A stretch of 64,000 bases of DNA, taken from contig OZ231126.1 in NCBI GenBank assembly GCA_965153355.1, forward strand, positions 17,670,001-17,734,000, written 5' to 3'. Below, piece by piece: positions 1-14,266 of the stretch (positions are counted from its first letter, which is position 1; the number at the start of each line of letters is the position of its first letter). The notes under the pieces are model-generated. The model worked only from the letters and a program-made list of their open reading frames with translations, ran no database searches and was not told the DNA's origin. Source of the stretch: Flaccisagitta enflata. Taxonomy: Eukaryota. The position numbers were made by a program, and so were the translations under genes.

Positions 1-1885
1 TGGGATATCAAGAGTAGGTCTACGTTTTTGACCAAAAAATTGTTGTTCTTCTCATTCTTGAACATATTTCCTAGGCCGGTAGGAAATTGGCATAAATAAC
101 GTGATCTGTAAAACCCAGTCACAATAAAATCCAGGACAAAATACTGAGTCCTGGATTTTCCTCGACTTGATCAGCGTTTTGACCTCCAAAGAAGAATGTC
201 TTTTCTATTCTAATGGCCCACCTCGAGTCGACCCAGAATCCTACGTGCAGCTGCCCTAAAGACCACACTATAGAACAAAGTTGCCTCTTTGTCTCAATTT
301 GTCAATTTGTCACCCGCCGATTGAAACGGTTATTTTGTCTTAAGAATGAAAAGGTTTTGACCCACAATTTGCCTGTGTCAGTATCGATCTGCCTGTGTCA
401 GTATCGATGTCATCGACGTACAGCTTTCACCTGGATTCACTTTCTGATGTTTGACCTAATTGTCGATTCGTTATCATTCGTCTGAATTAAGTCACGCGGT
501 GACATGACGCTATCCTGTGTTTGAGAGTTCATTTCTGGGTTGAAATATAAATACTTTCCATCTGATTGATTGGTTTTTGTCAGCCTGTATGTCTATCAAT
601 TTTTCGGTCGGTCGATCTGTGTGGCCTGTCTGTGACTTTATCCGTCTGTCCCTCCGCTAGATCGTCTTTTCTCCTGGTGCTTTTATATGTAAATGATGAT
701 ATATATCTGGGGCAAGGTCGTGCATTTGCATATAAAAAGTGTTTGGCGACTAAACTTTTCGCACCTCGCGACACTTAAGCGGGGGAATTTTTATTTTGTT
801 TGCTCAAAGGCGGCAACGGTTTTCAGCCTTTGATATTTTTCTCGCCGGGACGCCGGACCCCGGGCAGAATAACGGCCACTCCGCCGGACAGAGCTCAACG
901 ATGCCGATGGCAGCTTGGCCGGACAGATTGATTGTCGGCTTACTCGCCGGAAAGGCTACAAATTGTCTGTAGGACTGCAGTATGTCCTTAATGTGATGAG
1001 CTGAGATCAAGCTCAAGATAATAGGATGAATTGCAATGTACCAGACACTCTGACCGGATTTAGAATAGGGCATTGAAGAACTAAGAAAACTGTTGACCGA
1101 TGTTTATTATCGATCGCATCACTGATCAAGATGTCGTATGAAACTCTAGCAATAATTAGGGTCAGGGATTTAAGATTGTAGAATCATCACCAACTTGTTC
1201 TTGCTTCCTTCGTCCATCCTGATAAACGAATCATAAGAAGGGAAAATTCTTCTTATTTTCTACTTGCTTCCGGTTCCATATAGATTTCCATTAACATGTT
1301 CAGTTGAGCACTTTCTTTTTAGCTGACCATGTCTTGGCCCTTGTCGCGGCCGCGTCGTATCGAAGCGTTCTGCCCCATTTCCTTTACCATTCCCCTCTTT
1401 TAACTCTCAGCCTGATGTCGGGTCATGCAAATGCGTGTTAAGATAACTTACACGCAATAAAAGATGTAACTACAGTTACATGCGCATGAATGAACGAGAA
1501 GAGAGATAACGCGTGTGCGATAGATCCGCGCACGCAACTTAAAACTCCTTCCTGTCTGCGTGTTGAATAATTTATGCGTGTTCATGATCGCGTTTTTATC
1601 TCGTCTTATCTCTTCAAGTCCGAGAGAGAGAAATCCAGGTCGGAGTCGTGGAGTCGTTTTGAGGCTGGGCAGTTTCGTGGCAAACAATCCACGCGCAAAC
1701 AACTGATTTGCATAAAAATCCCCCGAAATAAAGTTTCTCTCGTGATGATAACTGATGAATGAGGAGAGAATGAAGTGGCCATCTTTTAAGATAATGTAAC
1801 ATCTACCAGAACATGTAACTGATAATCTGAACGCACAACTTTTTGCACTGTATATTGTAGATCCGATTTAAGAATTACCCAAGTA

Positions 1886-1974
<89 letters not shown>

Positions 1975-2915
1975 TGTGTGTGTGCTCTAACAGACCCGTG
2001 TGTGTGTCGTATCCAACAGTTTGTCACGTCCCACCAACGGAATTCCGCCTATAACAAATACAAATTCATGGTCCCTTCAAGTTGATTTGTTTTTTTTCTT
2101 TGTTAGCAATAACAGAAGTCCGCCTATAACAGAAGAAAACTGGTCCTCTGAAATCCGTTGGAACGGAGTTCAACTGTATGTTGCATGTAACAATGAAGGT
2201 TTAGGGTCCATTGAGGCTCTATCTAAAGAGCTCAAAATGCTCAATATAGACTCAATCTTGATCAAAATCTCATCATTTTTGAAAGTTTTTATTGTTCATA
2301 ACCAAATGAGTGGTACATTTCTTCTCACTCACTGTTATCCAATGCAGGGCAACTGTGGGGGAACAAATATACACGTTGAGGACCTTTAAGAGGTTCTACA
2401 GGGGCTTCAAATAACTCAAAATCTTGTTATTTGTGGTCTAAAAGGCCTGCTTTGAGGCCACAGGGGCTTAATCTTGGGTGTCTGAGGCCTGAGTTGGGTC
2501 TTAGAGGCTGGTATTAGAGTGTGGGATGCCTGAGCCTGGTTTGAGAGGCCAGAATTGGGGTCTAGGAGGCCTGATTTGGGGAATGAGGGGCTTAAATAAT
2601 ACTTATGATCTAAGGGGCCTGACTACTCCCATTTCCCTCCCCACTTTTACGACTAACATTCACGACATGACATCGACATTTTTGCGGTCTTCTTTTTCCC
2701 CCTTTCATAAATTCAATTCTTCTTATCCAAGGGAAAAAAGCCAAATCGATTTTTTTCCCTTGGAAGGTTTTCATATTCACCCGCTGCGAAAGTAATGGCG
2801 CTTCCAATGTAAAAATCTGACAGCCTGACAAATCGACTAATGAATAAATAAATTTTAAAATCCTAGTCATTTCATCCTTTCCATTCGCGATATCTCTCTT
2901 AACGAAATTGAAAAA

Positions 2916-3092
2916 AACAAGACCGGATACACGGCTACCCCAGTCGCGTGCGGGTGGGCAGGGGCTGTTTTTGAGGTCACTTAATCATTTGGGCAGGAGC
3001 AGTGAGGCCAAACATCGCAAAACAAAGTAAAGTGTGACGGACCGACGGACCGACAAAGCGGGTTGTAGAGTCGCGTAGCACGCGACTAAAAA
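2916..3092 (-). mobile_element. Helentron-associated / DINE-1-like non-autonomous element (HINE), representative of more than 20 copies
   Basis: Terminal palindrome gtcgcgtagcacgcgac, GACG/GACC microsatellite, subterminal inverted repeat agtcgcgtgc, end hairpin, T-run insertion. Other copies near 4711, 13737, 14480, 14975, 17520, 18569, 30396, 42290, 43518, 45055, 46025, 49807, 50550, 52872, 58086, 58502, 59703. Confidence 0.75.
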
Positions 3093-3510
3093 TGATTTCG
3101 CTCTGAACGCAAGATGAATGAAAGTTCTTAAATTGGGAGATGGACATCAACTGATCGAGTTACAACGTGAACGTATGAAGAACGAGCAACGTGAGACGGA
3201 GTGAAGACTGACCCGCTTTTGCGTCAGTCTGAGTGACACGTAACACGTTCAAAAATCAGACAAAAAAAAACGTTTTTTATTAGACGGAACTTATAAATAA
3301 CCGAGAAAAAAAACCATGACCAATTCTTTTTTTTTTTTTTTTTTTTTTTGCTTTAAATTCTACACGGGATAAAAATAACTGCACTGTCAGATCGTTATCA
3401 CTTAACACAAATGCACGATGAAACGATAAAAAGCCGGCATGTGTCACTGCGTTGTTACAAGTGGTTTAAAGTCACACCTGTAGACGTCGTGACAGAAAGA
3501 CGTCTACCCA

Positions 3511-3859
3511 TTACCCAATGAATGAATGAATAAATGAATGAATATATCCTTCACAGCCTATATAATCGCTTTTCAGCTCACTAAAGCCATTTGACGTCTC
3601 TGTGTACCTCGTTGATTTTTGAGCAGCATCTGTAGAATCGGTTTGATTGTCAGTGTTCGTGACTGGACGCGAAGACGTCGAAGCGGTTTTTGATTCGGTT
3701 GCTGTTGATGTCGGTGTTGTTGCTGTTGCTGTTGCTGTCGATGTTGTTGCTGTTGCTGTTGCTGTCGATGTTGTTGCTGTTATCGCAGCCGCGGTCGAAT
3801 TTGGCTGCAGAGATTTTTCGTCACTGACGTCCAAAGATTCAAGCGATTCTCCACGATCG
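3511..3859 (-). CDS. Probable last (or further internal) exon, Thr/Ala-rich (DRGESLESLDVSDEKSLQPNSTAAAITATTSTAT...)
   Basis: Acceptor caatttctgcccag|, phase-2 start, in frame with ORF 3511..3834. The 3' end is uncertain because internal GT donors are possible. Confidence 0.55.
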
Positions 3860-3963
3860 CTGGGCAGAAATTGAAATATTTTTGAAATAGAAAATGATCA
3901 TATTGATGAGGATTATACATAAGTAATTTTTATAATCTAATAAATTGTTTCATATGATCTCCT

Positions 3964-4049
<86 letters not shown>

Positions 4050-4412
4050 TTGCTTTTTGATTCAAATAGCGTTTGTGGCTTTATTAACCAGATTCGAACA
4101 TATTTTCCATCTTTTTATTTATTGATTAAATAATATCATCATTTAATTATTAAATGATAAGTATATTATTTTTTTTCACCAGCAAAAGCAATCGTTCTTG
4201 TTTTGTCTTATAAATGTTCCTCTTGATTTTTGCCCAAAATCATCACCACGAAGAAAGTTGAAAATGAACTAAATGAGGAGAGATAGGAGAGAGCAACAAA
4301 ATCTATAGAAAGAAAAAAAAAACAACAAAAACAAAACAAAAAAATAAGGAGAAATTCAGTATACATGAGTGAAACCCCGGGAGAATCCAAAGCAGGAAAC
4401 AAGATATATCTG

Positions 4413-4549
<137 letters not shown>

Positions 4550-6210
4550 GAGAGGAAAAAATAAAAGAATTTTTTCCTCTCTTTCTCTATGAAAACGCGA
4601 AGAAAACGGTGATCAAACAAGAGTGAAAGGAGAGGTTTTTTTTGGAATTCGAATTTTGGCAGATGGGGTTATAGAAGGTGCGGAAGACTTCGATAGGGGA
4701 TGATGAGTAGGACAAGGCCAAGTAGCCCAATAAGGTGCGCCGTGTGGATCGTCAAACGTTTGCGTCACCGACAGACAAACCGACCGACCAACGGACACAG
4801 CCAGTTACAGAGGTGCGTTGGCGCACCTAAAATAGCAAGTGCGTACCCATATTACTATTATTAGCTAGGGACAGATACAGGCTCAGAGGATGGCGTGTGA
4901 GAGAAAGGAAATGTTGGCCATCTTGATTCATAATCATTAGTGCAATGACTAATGAGTGGAGACGGGGGAGGGGGGGGAGGGTTTGGTAAGAAGGTAGGGA
5001 GGATCACAACTGTTAAAAAGAGACAGAGGGGAGGGAAAGGGAGGATGGTGAGGGATGAGGGAGGGTGTAAACAGCGGATAGAACTCTCACCCTCACTTTA
5101 CTGGCACAAATAACAGAAAAACGCGTATGGTTTTAATTCAATGTGTTTAATGATGCGTGAATGGATGATAAAGCATGCAAACTGTGGGCCACCGGAGAAT
5201 TTGCCGGGGATGATATGATAGAAATATCCTAAAAGGATAAATAAATCTGGAGGAAGATAAACAGAAAGGAAGGCATGATAGATGTAGTGAAAACACTCGG
5301 GAAAACCCGGTGGGATCCACACAACTTTTGGCATCAAAGATTTGATGATGAGCGCAAAATTTCAACGGACTGTGTTATGAGGCACGTGCACGCGAGCGCG
5401 TAGTTAAATTGGTTCCTCGGTTCGTCGGTCCAATGACAGGGTTTCCCCTTTACTAGCATGCTAGCATGCTTTTCTCCTCTTGTTGATCTATTGTTGAAAC
5501 ATTGAACAACTGTTTTTTGACAAAATTGGACATAATGGTTCCTTCTGCCGATAATTATCAAAGCAAACCATGAACATACATCAATGTTCTCCATTCATTC
5601 ATTTATTCATTTGTATATTCGTTCAGTCATTCACTCATTCTTTCTATCATTCGTCCATTCATTCATTAGCTAACTAATCCAATTCTTTCTAGCCATTCCG
5701 CCAGTAGCACTTTCTGCCTTGTTTCTGTGGTAAATGAAGAGATCCGAGAAAAAAATGAAATATGAGCGAATTCATATTTTCATTTGCTCCAGTAATAATT
5801 ACGTACGTAGAATCATTAAAAATCATTTTAAAAATAAAATCTAATCTCACTGGGATAAAATCGAACTTCGGAAAGAGGCAGTTTGATGGTTGGAGTTTGT
5901 GAGATGGCTCTCATCAAAGTCAGTATTCAAATGCTTGTCATCGTTAAATCATCAGCGACAGGATGCAGGGTATACGATGCGCTGGTTTGTTTTGAGATCA
6001 GGGTGCAAGCAGATAAAGCATTTCTTGATGATGATGATTTTGATGACGATGTTGTTGTTGTTCGAAATTTCCGCTCCTGTCCACGTTGCCGCTTCTTTAC
6101 CGCCGTAATCGTTTCGTTGCTGTTGCTGTTGTTGTTGTTGTTGTTGCTGTTGTTGTCGTTGTTGTTGTTGTTGTTGCGGTGTCTTTTACAGTCACACTTT
6201 TCCACTTTAC

Positions 6211-6374
6211 CTCGTAGTTTCTGTTGAGGCGCAGGCGAGAGCGAATCCTTCCTTTGCCTTTTGTCTCTTTTCTTTTTTCTTGTTTTTAAAGGTGAAAAAT
6301 CCCGAGAGGCCGCTGGAGGCTCTCGCTGTCAAATCCGAGAGGGACAAAGCACGACTGCTTTTGTTGATGGAGAC
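6211..6374 (-). CDS. Internal exon (VSINKSSRALSLSDLTARASSGLSGFFTFKNKKKEKRQKAKEGFALACASTETT)
   Basis: Strong acceptor tttctttctctctcaatgtccag|, donor AG|GTAAAG; 164 nt, phase 0 to 2, fits both neighbours. Confidence 0.65.
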
Positions 6375-6575
6375 CTGGACATTGAGAGAGAAAGAAAGAA
6401 GTGCCCAAATTCAAACTGTTACTGTAAGGACTAATATTTCTGAATGAAATATTGAACGCAAAAAATGACTATACATGAAGAAACGGATGAACGAATTGAC
6501 TGATGAATAATCAAATTTTGACAAATTCGACTTTTGTTTTTTAGTCGTGTGCTACGCGACACTACACCCTGCTTT

Positions 6576-9281
6576 TAGAGGAGGGATTTAAGCAAATAAC
6601 CAGACTGGACCTTAGAAAAAAAGTAATACTGGGTTTTTTGGTGGTTTTGCACTGTACATAGGTTAAACTGAGCTAAGATAAAAAGTTGACTGAAAAATTA
6701 TTTATGCAAAGCTGTTGTTGGGATATTCAGACATATAAAGTAAATTTCACAAAATTGATCTTTTAAAAATAAAGAAGCAGATAAAAATAGAAAATAAATC
6801 TTTGTAACAAGTAAAAACTTCATATAATACTTAATAAGACATCTTTCATGTCAGTGATATCATCTTATGATGTTTCGTGTCATTGAATACTATCAGACGG
6901 ATAGACATCAAAGACCAAATCATAGACAAGTAGAGTCGCAGTATGAAAATCAATTAATACGATTTCGTTCTTATGCCCTCAACCCTCTACTCATCTTCTT
7001 CTCTGGCTGTCAGTCTGTTTTCTGTCTAGTCTGTCTGTCTGTCTCTCTCTTATCTGCACAGTCATATTCGCCTATGATGTTGAATAAGCTATCTCATCAG
7101 ACGGATAGACTAAAAGACCAACCGACATGACATGGTGTAGTCAATGTATAAAAAATACATAGTAATTTCAGCTTATGTTCCTCAACCCTCTACTACTTCC
7201 TCTCTCTGTCTGTCAGTCTGTTTTTCTGTCTGTCTGGGTTGGTCTGTCTGCCTGCTCTCTTTCTCTCTCTCTGTCTCTCCCTCTCTCCCTTCCTTCTCTC
7301 TTTCACTCTCCATTCCAATACCCCCAGCTCCCTTTTTCCCCTCCCAAAATCTTTGACTTACGCCCTGATATTCACAATTTATAGCTCTGTCAATTCTTTT
7401 CTTCACCAACACAGTTGTAAAAAATGTTCAAAAAAAGTTCAGTTGGCAGTCAACTGCCAGTGCATAGTAACCAATACTACATAACGGTAAAATTCCTAAA
7501 GAAATTAGCCAATGGAAACAAAGTGAAATTACACCAACTCATATGTTCTTTGGGAGAAATTTTTGCGCTTGCTGACAAAGATGAAAATCATACTGAGAAA
7601 TTGTATTTGGGATCTACTCATCCCAAAGATTCAACCTTCATGCGATACTATCGCCATGATGGAAAACTTTGTCAGTTGGTTGGTCGATTGGTGGATTGGT
7701 TGGTCAGTTGGTTGGTTGGTCAGTCCACATTTTACTTTTTTGGGCAGCGGCCTCGAAGGGGTCAATGACCTATGCTTTCACAAGTATGGGGATTTTCTCC
7801 TTCTCCTTCTCCTCCTCCTCCTTCTCCCTCTGTCTGTCCCCCCCCCCCCCTAGGCTTGAGGCTCAAATTCCAGTCCTGAAACTCAAATCCCAGCCTCATA
7901 GCCCAAATCCTAGCCTGGAGGCCCAAATCCTAGCCTTGAGGCCCAAATCCTAGACTGAAGGCCCAAATTTCAGCCTTGAGGCCCAAATCCCAGTCAAGAC
8001 AGGCTAGGATTTGGGCCACAGGCTGAGATTTGGGTCTCAGGATCAGATTCAAGCCTTGAGCTTGGGAGGGGGGGAAAGGATGGGAGGAGGAGGAGAGAAA
8101 AAGAAAATCACCCATATAAAAGAGAGCAGGTCACTGACTTTGGGGCCGCTGCCCTACTTCCTCTTCAACTTTAAGCTCAACCTACTTAGGCAGGGCACAG
8201 GTACCGCTGACCATCTAAAGCTTTTTTGATACTATTTATGATTTCATTCTTTGACCACTGCTCTGGTTCAAATGGTCAAGCACCTCAAATATGACCCTAC
8301 CCACTCAGTACGCAACCTGGGTGGCCGTGTATCCGGCCTTGTTTTCTAAGAATCAGGTTATGCCTCCTACTTGATTTAGTTGTGCACTGTATAACCCGCT
8401 ATATTGATTTATTGATAAGTCCATTGGTCTGTTAGTCTATCCTCAAGACTCAAATCCCACCTTCGAGACCTAAATTCCACCCATGAGACCTAAATCCCAG
8501 CCTCTTGAGTGGAATTTGAGCCTTGAGGATAGGATTTGAGCCTCTAGGCTGGGATTTGGGCCTTGAAACTGGGATTTGGGCCTTGAGACTGGAATTTGGG
8601 CGTTGAAGCTAGGATTTTAGTCAGTGGGGGACAAATGGACAACCGGACATACGGCCACTGCCCTGCTCCCCCCTCAACTTCAAGCACAACCTACTTAAGC
8701 AGGGCAATGGTATGGCTGACCATCTAACAATTTTGCAATTTGCACTTTTTTGTGCCTAAGTTACCTTTTCTTTCACTGCCCTTGACCAACTGCATACATC
8801 TGGGGTAGATGTGTATCCAGTCTTTTTTTTGCTTTTTGTCATTATTCCAATAGATTGGTTTTTTACCAGTCTAACATTTGATTCTTTTGTTTGAGATATG
8901 AAGATGTAAAAAATGAGATAGACGAGTCAACATTTATTGTTTATTAAAGCAGTTGACGAGCTACTCCAGGACACCTCAATATCATAAGATGACATTTTAA
9001 CTTGTAAAGATGTCTTAGCTAATTATTGATATGAAATTTATACTTTATATGCAAAGATTTTTCTGCTATTGTATTTATTTCCTGGTTTTTGGAAGGCCAA
9101 TTTTGGCGAATTTTCGCCTATTTTTCATGTACTTACAAACATCCCAACCAGCTGCTTTGCAGAAATAATTTTTCAGTCAACTTCTTTTCTTAGCTTAGTA
9201 CAGCCTATGTACAGTGCAAAACCACCAAAAAACCCAGTATTACAATTTTTCTAAGGTGGTTTTTGTTAAATCCCTCCTCTA
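6576..9281. mobile_element. Non-autonomous TIR element, Academ-like
   Basis: Ends TAGAGGAGGGATTTAA / TTAAATCCCTCCTCTA; imperfect inverted repeats of about 300 bp; flanked by TTT on both sides; splits a HINE (6538-6575 and 9282-9445). Confidence 0.8.
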
Positions 9282-10776
9282 TTTGTCGATCCTTCCTTCC
9301 GTTCGTCGGTCCGTAAATCCGTCACATTTTACTTTTTTTGCGGTCTTCGGCTTCACTGCTCCGGCCAAATGATGAAGTGACCTCAAATATAGCCCTTGCC
9401 ATGCCCACCCGCACGCGACTGGGGTAGCCGTGTATTCGGCCTTGTGGCCGAGGATTGATCGTGATCGAAAACATGATGGAACAATACTATCCTTCTGAAA
9501 AACATAGCGACATCTTAAAATTAACACCATCATTGGAAGAGTGCCGCTCCTAAACTTAAGCTACAATTACCAGATTGATTCTTCTTTTTAGACGTCGCTA
9601 TAACTATAATCAGAGCTATAAGAACTGGATTGCAGTTTTGATTAAATCAACGTCATTAATTCATTCTTTTCTTAATTTTTTCTCTACATTACTCAAATCG
9701 CTCTTCCATATGGCTGGCAACAAATCTTATAACATTTGAGCCTCTTCAGTGAACAGATTTTAAACAGCTTACTCATGTATCTCACTTTCTCTCTGAGCTC
9801 TCGTTTTTCCCTCTTTCTCCTGGGGCCTGCAAGGCATGTTTTTTCCCTTATTTTCTCGATCTGGAGCTAAAACTCATCCATCACTTTGAATACTTCAGGG
9901 ATCATTTTTTTCCACAAATCATTCACCCAACCGAATGTTTGGAAGGTTTATTGTTTTGTTTAAGGAGGGTAAGAACCTTGGTACTGAAGTTCTAGGGACC
10001 GGTAAGATAACCTATTGAGTTTTAAGGATAATACGTATTAATGTTTTTTGTTTTTTTTCCCTCTGTAACTCATCTACGTAGACTTTCTCGATGTAGCATA
10101 CTTTACATCTTGACTGATACCAATAGTCCTTTATAGGCTAAATCAATTTTGCCAAAATTCTCTCCTTCACATTCCAACCTCTCATTATTCGATCCACCAC
10201 ATACAAATTATCGACCTGTAGGTGTACCTCCTCCGACCCAGCACCCATTCGATTCCAACCTCGAAAAGACTTGAGGATAAAATAATTTCTCAAATGAAAA
10301 CCAGCTGTATTCAAAGCCTTACATAACTAGAAGGAGAGAGAGTCGGTATACCAAGAAATCTGCTTCAGCAATTAATGAAATTCGATCATTCTTGAATTGA
10401 ACTTTCAACTTCTTCCTTACATTTTTTTCCCATGATCATCTTTCGCCAAACGTCTTTTCTTAGTCGGAGCAAGGCCAGATACATGGTTCTAGATCTTCTC
10501 GGCGTTAAATTAGACTGAGTCAGGATCGACCATTCGTATTGCGAGTTTGTAGCGATCAATCCTCACAACCTCCCATCAATCATACAGTGGAGCACCGCTA
10601 TAGCGCACTTGCTAATAAGGCATACCTGCCTACAAGGCATAGAACTTACCGTCCCTTGAGATATTTTATAATCATTTCTATATTGGCAATAAGGCAGATT
10701 CACTTTGAAGCATGCTTTTGCTCAGTCCCTTGACTCTAGTGAAGCCCAACTGAATGTGGTTTAGCCATGAGCACGC

Positions 10777-11360
10777 TTTTTGGGCAGCGGCCCCGGAGGG
10801 GCCGATGACCTATGATTCCACATAGGGCAATTTTCTCCGGTTTCCGTCCGTCCCCTCCCCTCCCCCAAGCCTCAAATAAAGCCTCTCAGACCCCAAATCA
10901 GGCCTTTTCGACTCCAAATCAGACCTTTCTGACCCCAAATCAGGCTTCTCAGATCTCAAATCAGGCCTCCCAGACCCCAAAACAGGCCTCTCAGACCCCA
11001 AATCAGGCTTCTCAGACCCCAAGTGAGGCCTCTCAGATCCAAATCAGGCCTCAGACTCCATGTCAGGCTTTTCAGACCCCAAATTAGACCCCTCAGGCCC
11101 AAATAAGGCCTTTCAGACCCCAAATCGAGCCTCTCAGACCCCAAACCACGCCTCTCACACCCTAAATCAGACCTTTCAGAGCCAAAATCAGGCCTCTCAG
11201 CCCTCCAAACCAGCTTCTCACACCGGAGAAAATTGTCCTATGTGGAATCATAGGTCATCGGCCCCTCCGGGGCCGCTGCCCCTCTTATAATCTCATTCCC
11301 ACGTACACTAACTTAGGGGCATCGGGTACCGCTGACCATGTAACGCTTTTGCGACTATTT
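10777..11360 (+). mobile_element. Element carrying a 21-bp minisatellite between inverted repeats of about 60 bp
   Basis: gggcagcggcccc...ttctccgg / ccggagaa...ggggccgctgccc flank units like ctctcagaccccaaatcaggc, followed by an asymmetric 3' tail. Relatives near 2440, 7738, 8440, 31930, 37936, 40140, 43918, 60210. Confidence 0.75.
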
Positions 11361-12050
11361 ATGCATAAAATCATTAGAAGTCGTTTAACAAAGGGCAACC
11401 ACCATGGTCGATTTCTGTGTCAGCGACTGAGCATCCCTCAACCACATCTGATGGACAGCTCTAGCTCTAGAGACGAAAGGACTTAAAGAAAGAATGGAAT
11501 TTAAGGGGAAAACCGAAAGAATTCTGTGGGCCTCGAAATCGAGTTTGAATTTAGGAGATTTACTTGAACAAACAAAAACAAGAAAAAATCGATTTTGGCC
11601 AAGAAAAAAGTTTTCAGACTAAATCGCCAATTTAAACATAGAGCTCAGCAAAATTGTTCAACTTATGAATCCTATTCTTCAATTCGATAACATATATCTT
11701 AAGATTTCCATATTTGATATTTACTCTATAATTTATTCTGTAATTTTTTTTTTTTTTTTGCTGCTACGGTAAGCTGTGGTAATTGAGCCTAATTTGCATA
11801 TTTCCATCATGTGAAATCATCGGCATCAATGGAATGGCAGCTTCTTATTTAGACAAAAGAGATGATATACCACAGTATGGCATTGTCCATGCTGTGTTCC
11901 ATGAGAGTAAATTGTGAGGATTCATTTTCGTGCCAGAAACGGCGCGCAAGTGGTGGACAAGGCGGTCTTTTTTCATTGTATTGGGCCAATTTCATTCGAA
12001 GGAGATCTTTCTAATGACTTTGTTTAAAAGTTGAAACGCCTTCCGGATTA

Positions 12051-12579
12051 CAGTAGATGTCGTCTAGACTTGGAAATACGGGGGAGCACATAAGCTGACT
12101 ATCAGTATAGTGGAGGGACTGATATTTTGCTGGTATAATATACAGACCCTAAGGGGTTGACGATGGGGTATGGCATCCCCCTACGGCTCACCTTAGGAAA
12201 AAAACTTTGAGTATAAAACGATAGATTTAAACGCTTATTTTGCAGAATTTCAGCTTCAGTTTTTTGCTTGATTAACAAAACCAGTGAGAGATTCGAAACT
12301 GGAACCTTTGGATAAACTGATCATAATGAATCAGAAGTCAAGTGAGTTAACCACTAAACCAATCTCAGCGACTGTCTCAATCAGACAAATTTGATTTATT
12401 GTATTCAAGAGAATTTTCTATCAACACAGCTGCCATACCCCATCGTCAACCCTATAGGTCCCTATAGGTCATACCCTTCAGGTCATAAGCATTATACACA
12501 CATAGTTTTATTTCAGTTGCATAAATGGTATTCAGGATATGAGGGCCCCCTTATTTCCAAGTCTAGACGACATCTACTG
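12051..12579. mobile_element. TA-flanked MITE (Tigger/pogo-like) with a nested inverted-repeat element at about 12147-12460
   Basis: 28-bp perfect TIR CAGTAGATGTCGTCTAGACTTGGAAATA; inner TIR GGGTTGACGATGGGGTATGGCA. Confidence 0.85.
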
Positions 12580-12738
12580 TACCTTCTGGGGGCATTACTT
12601 GTAGGGCGGGGGAGCCACCCCGTCTTACCTGAGCGCGCGCGCTTGTATGGCTCTAGGCTAGACCAAACTCTCGACTCTTGACTCCACACTCGACTGGAGT
12701 ATCAAGGGACCAGACAGTCAAACAAATTCAGGTCTCAC

Positions 12739-13279
<541 letters not shown>

Positions 13280-14132
13280 CTGTGTTTTTTTTTTTTTTTT
13301 GGTATGCATGTGGACGAGAGATAGGAAATTGAAATGGAAAGAGAAAAAGAGAGAAAAATAACTGATACTTGATAATAAAAACAAGGCTAGATACACGCAG
13401 ACGTACAGATTGTGGAGAAGCGAGAAGCGCCGCTTCTCGGAAACAGAGTGACAGAGTCGGAAGGTCTTGAAATATAGCTATGAAAAAAAATGAGAAAAAT
13501 GAAATTTTCTTTGGTAGATCAGCCTTACAGTTATCATGAATCATTTTTTCTCTATTTCAGTAAAAAATCACCTAAAATTTGTGTAGGTGGTTCATGAATC
13601 TATTATCTAAGAGTATTTGTTGTCAAAAATTGTCATAATTTTTTTCAAAAAATTATCATGTGAAACAGACTCCTCATGTCGGAACCTCTTAGGGGAAAAT
13701 CTTTGCTTCTCGGAAGTAAAGAATAATCTTATTGTCTGGATACACGGCTACCCAAGTCGAGCGCTGATGAGCAGGGGCAGAGGTAAATGCATTTGGGCAG
13801 GAGCAGTGATGCCATAACCACCCGTAAATGTAAAGGGTGACGGACCGACAGACAGACGGACGGAAAAAGCGGACTAGCAGAGTGTAGAGTCGCGTTGCAC
13901 GCGACTATTTAACGATAAAAAGAGGCCTGTAAACAATCAATTACTTCATTAAATATCAATCACATTTTTTTACTTTCATATATGATTGATACCAAACATG
14001 AGTCCAGCTTCTTAATGATCTAAGTCTCAAATTATCCTTGAGATTGTAAATAATGGTAGTATTTGTTTTTTGTCATGAGCCGACGTTGTTTTGAAAGGGA
14101 GAAAATAAATGGCTCATTGAATATTTTGATAT

Positions 14133-14266
<134 letters not shown>

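Noticed and set aside
804-1073. 89-aa ORF in a GC-richer patch
   Set aside because: No recognisable motif or clear splice boundaries; it could be a decayed TE or an exon but is unsupported.
1884-2179. Tigger-like MITE remnant (also near 10584)
   Set aside because: Only one convincing end; the other is disrupted, so boundaries cannot be supported.
9787-9827. Mini-exon APGERGKNESSER
   Set aside because: Poor pyrimidine tract, and including it would break phase between 12739 and 6374.
10860-11220. 21-bp array as a CRISPR array or a repeat protein
   Set aside because: Units are contiguous with no unique spacers, there are no cas genes, the context is eukaryotic, and the array is part of an interspersed repeat.
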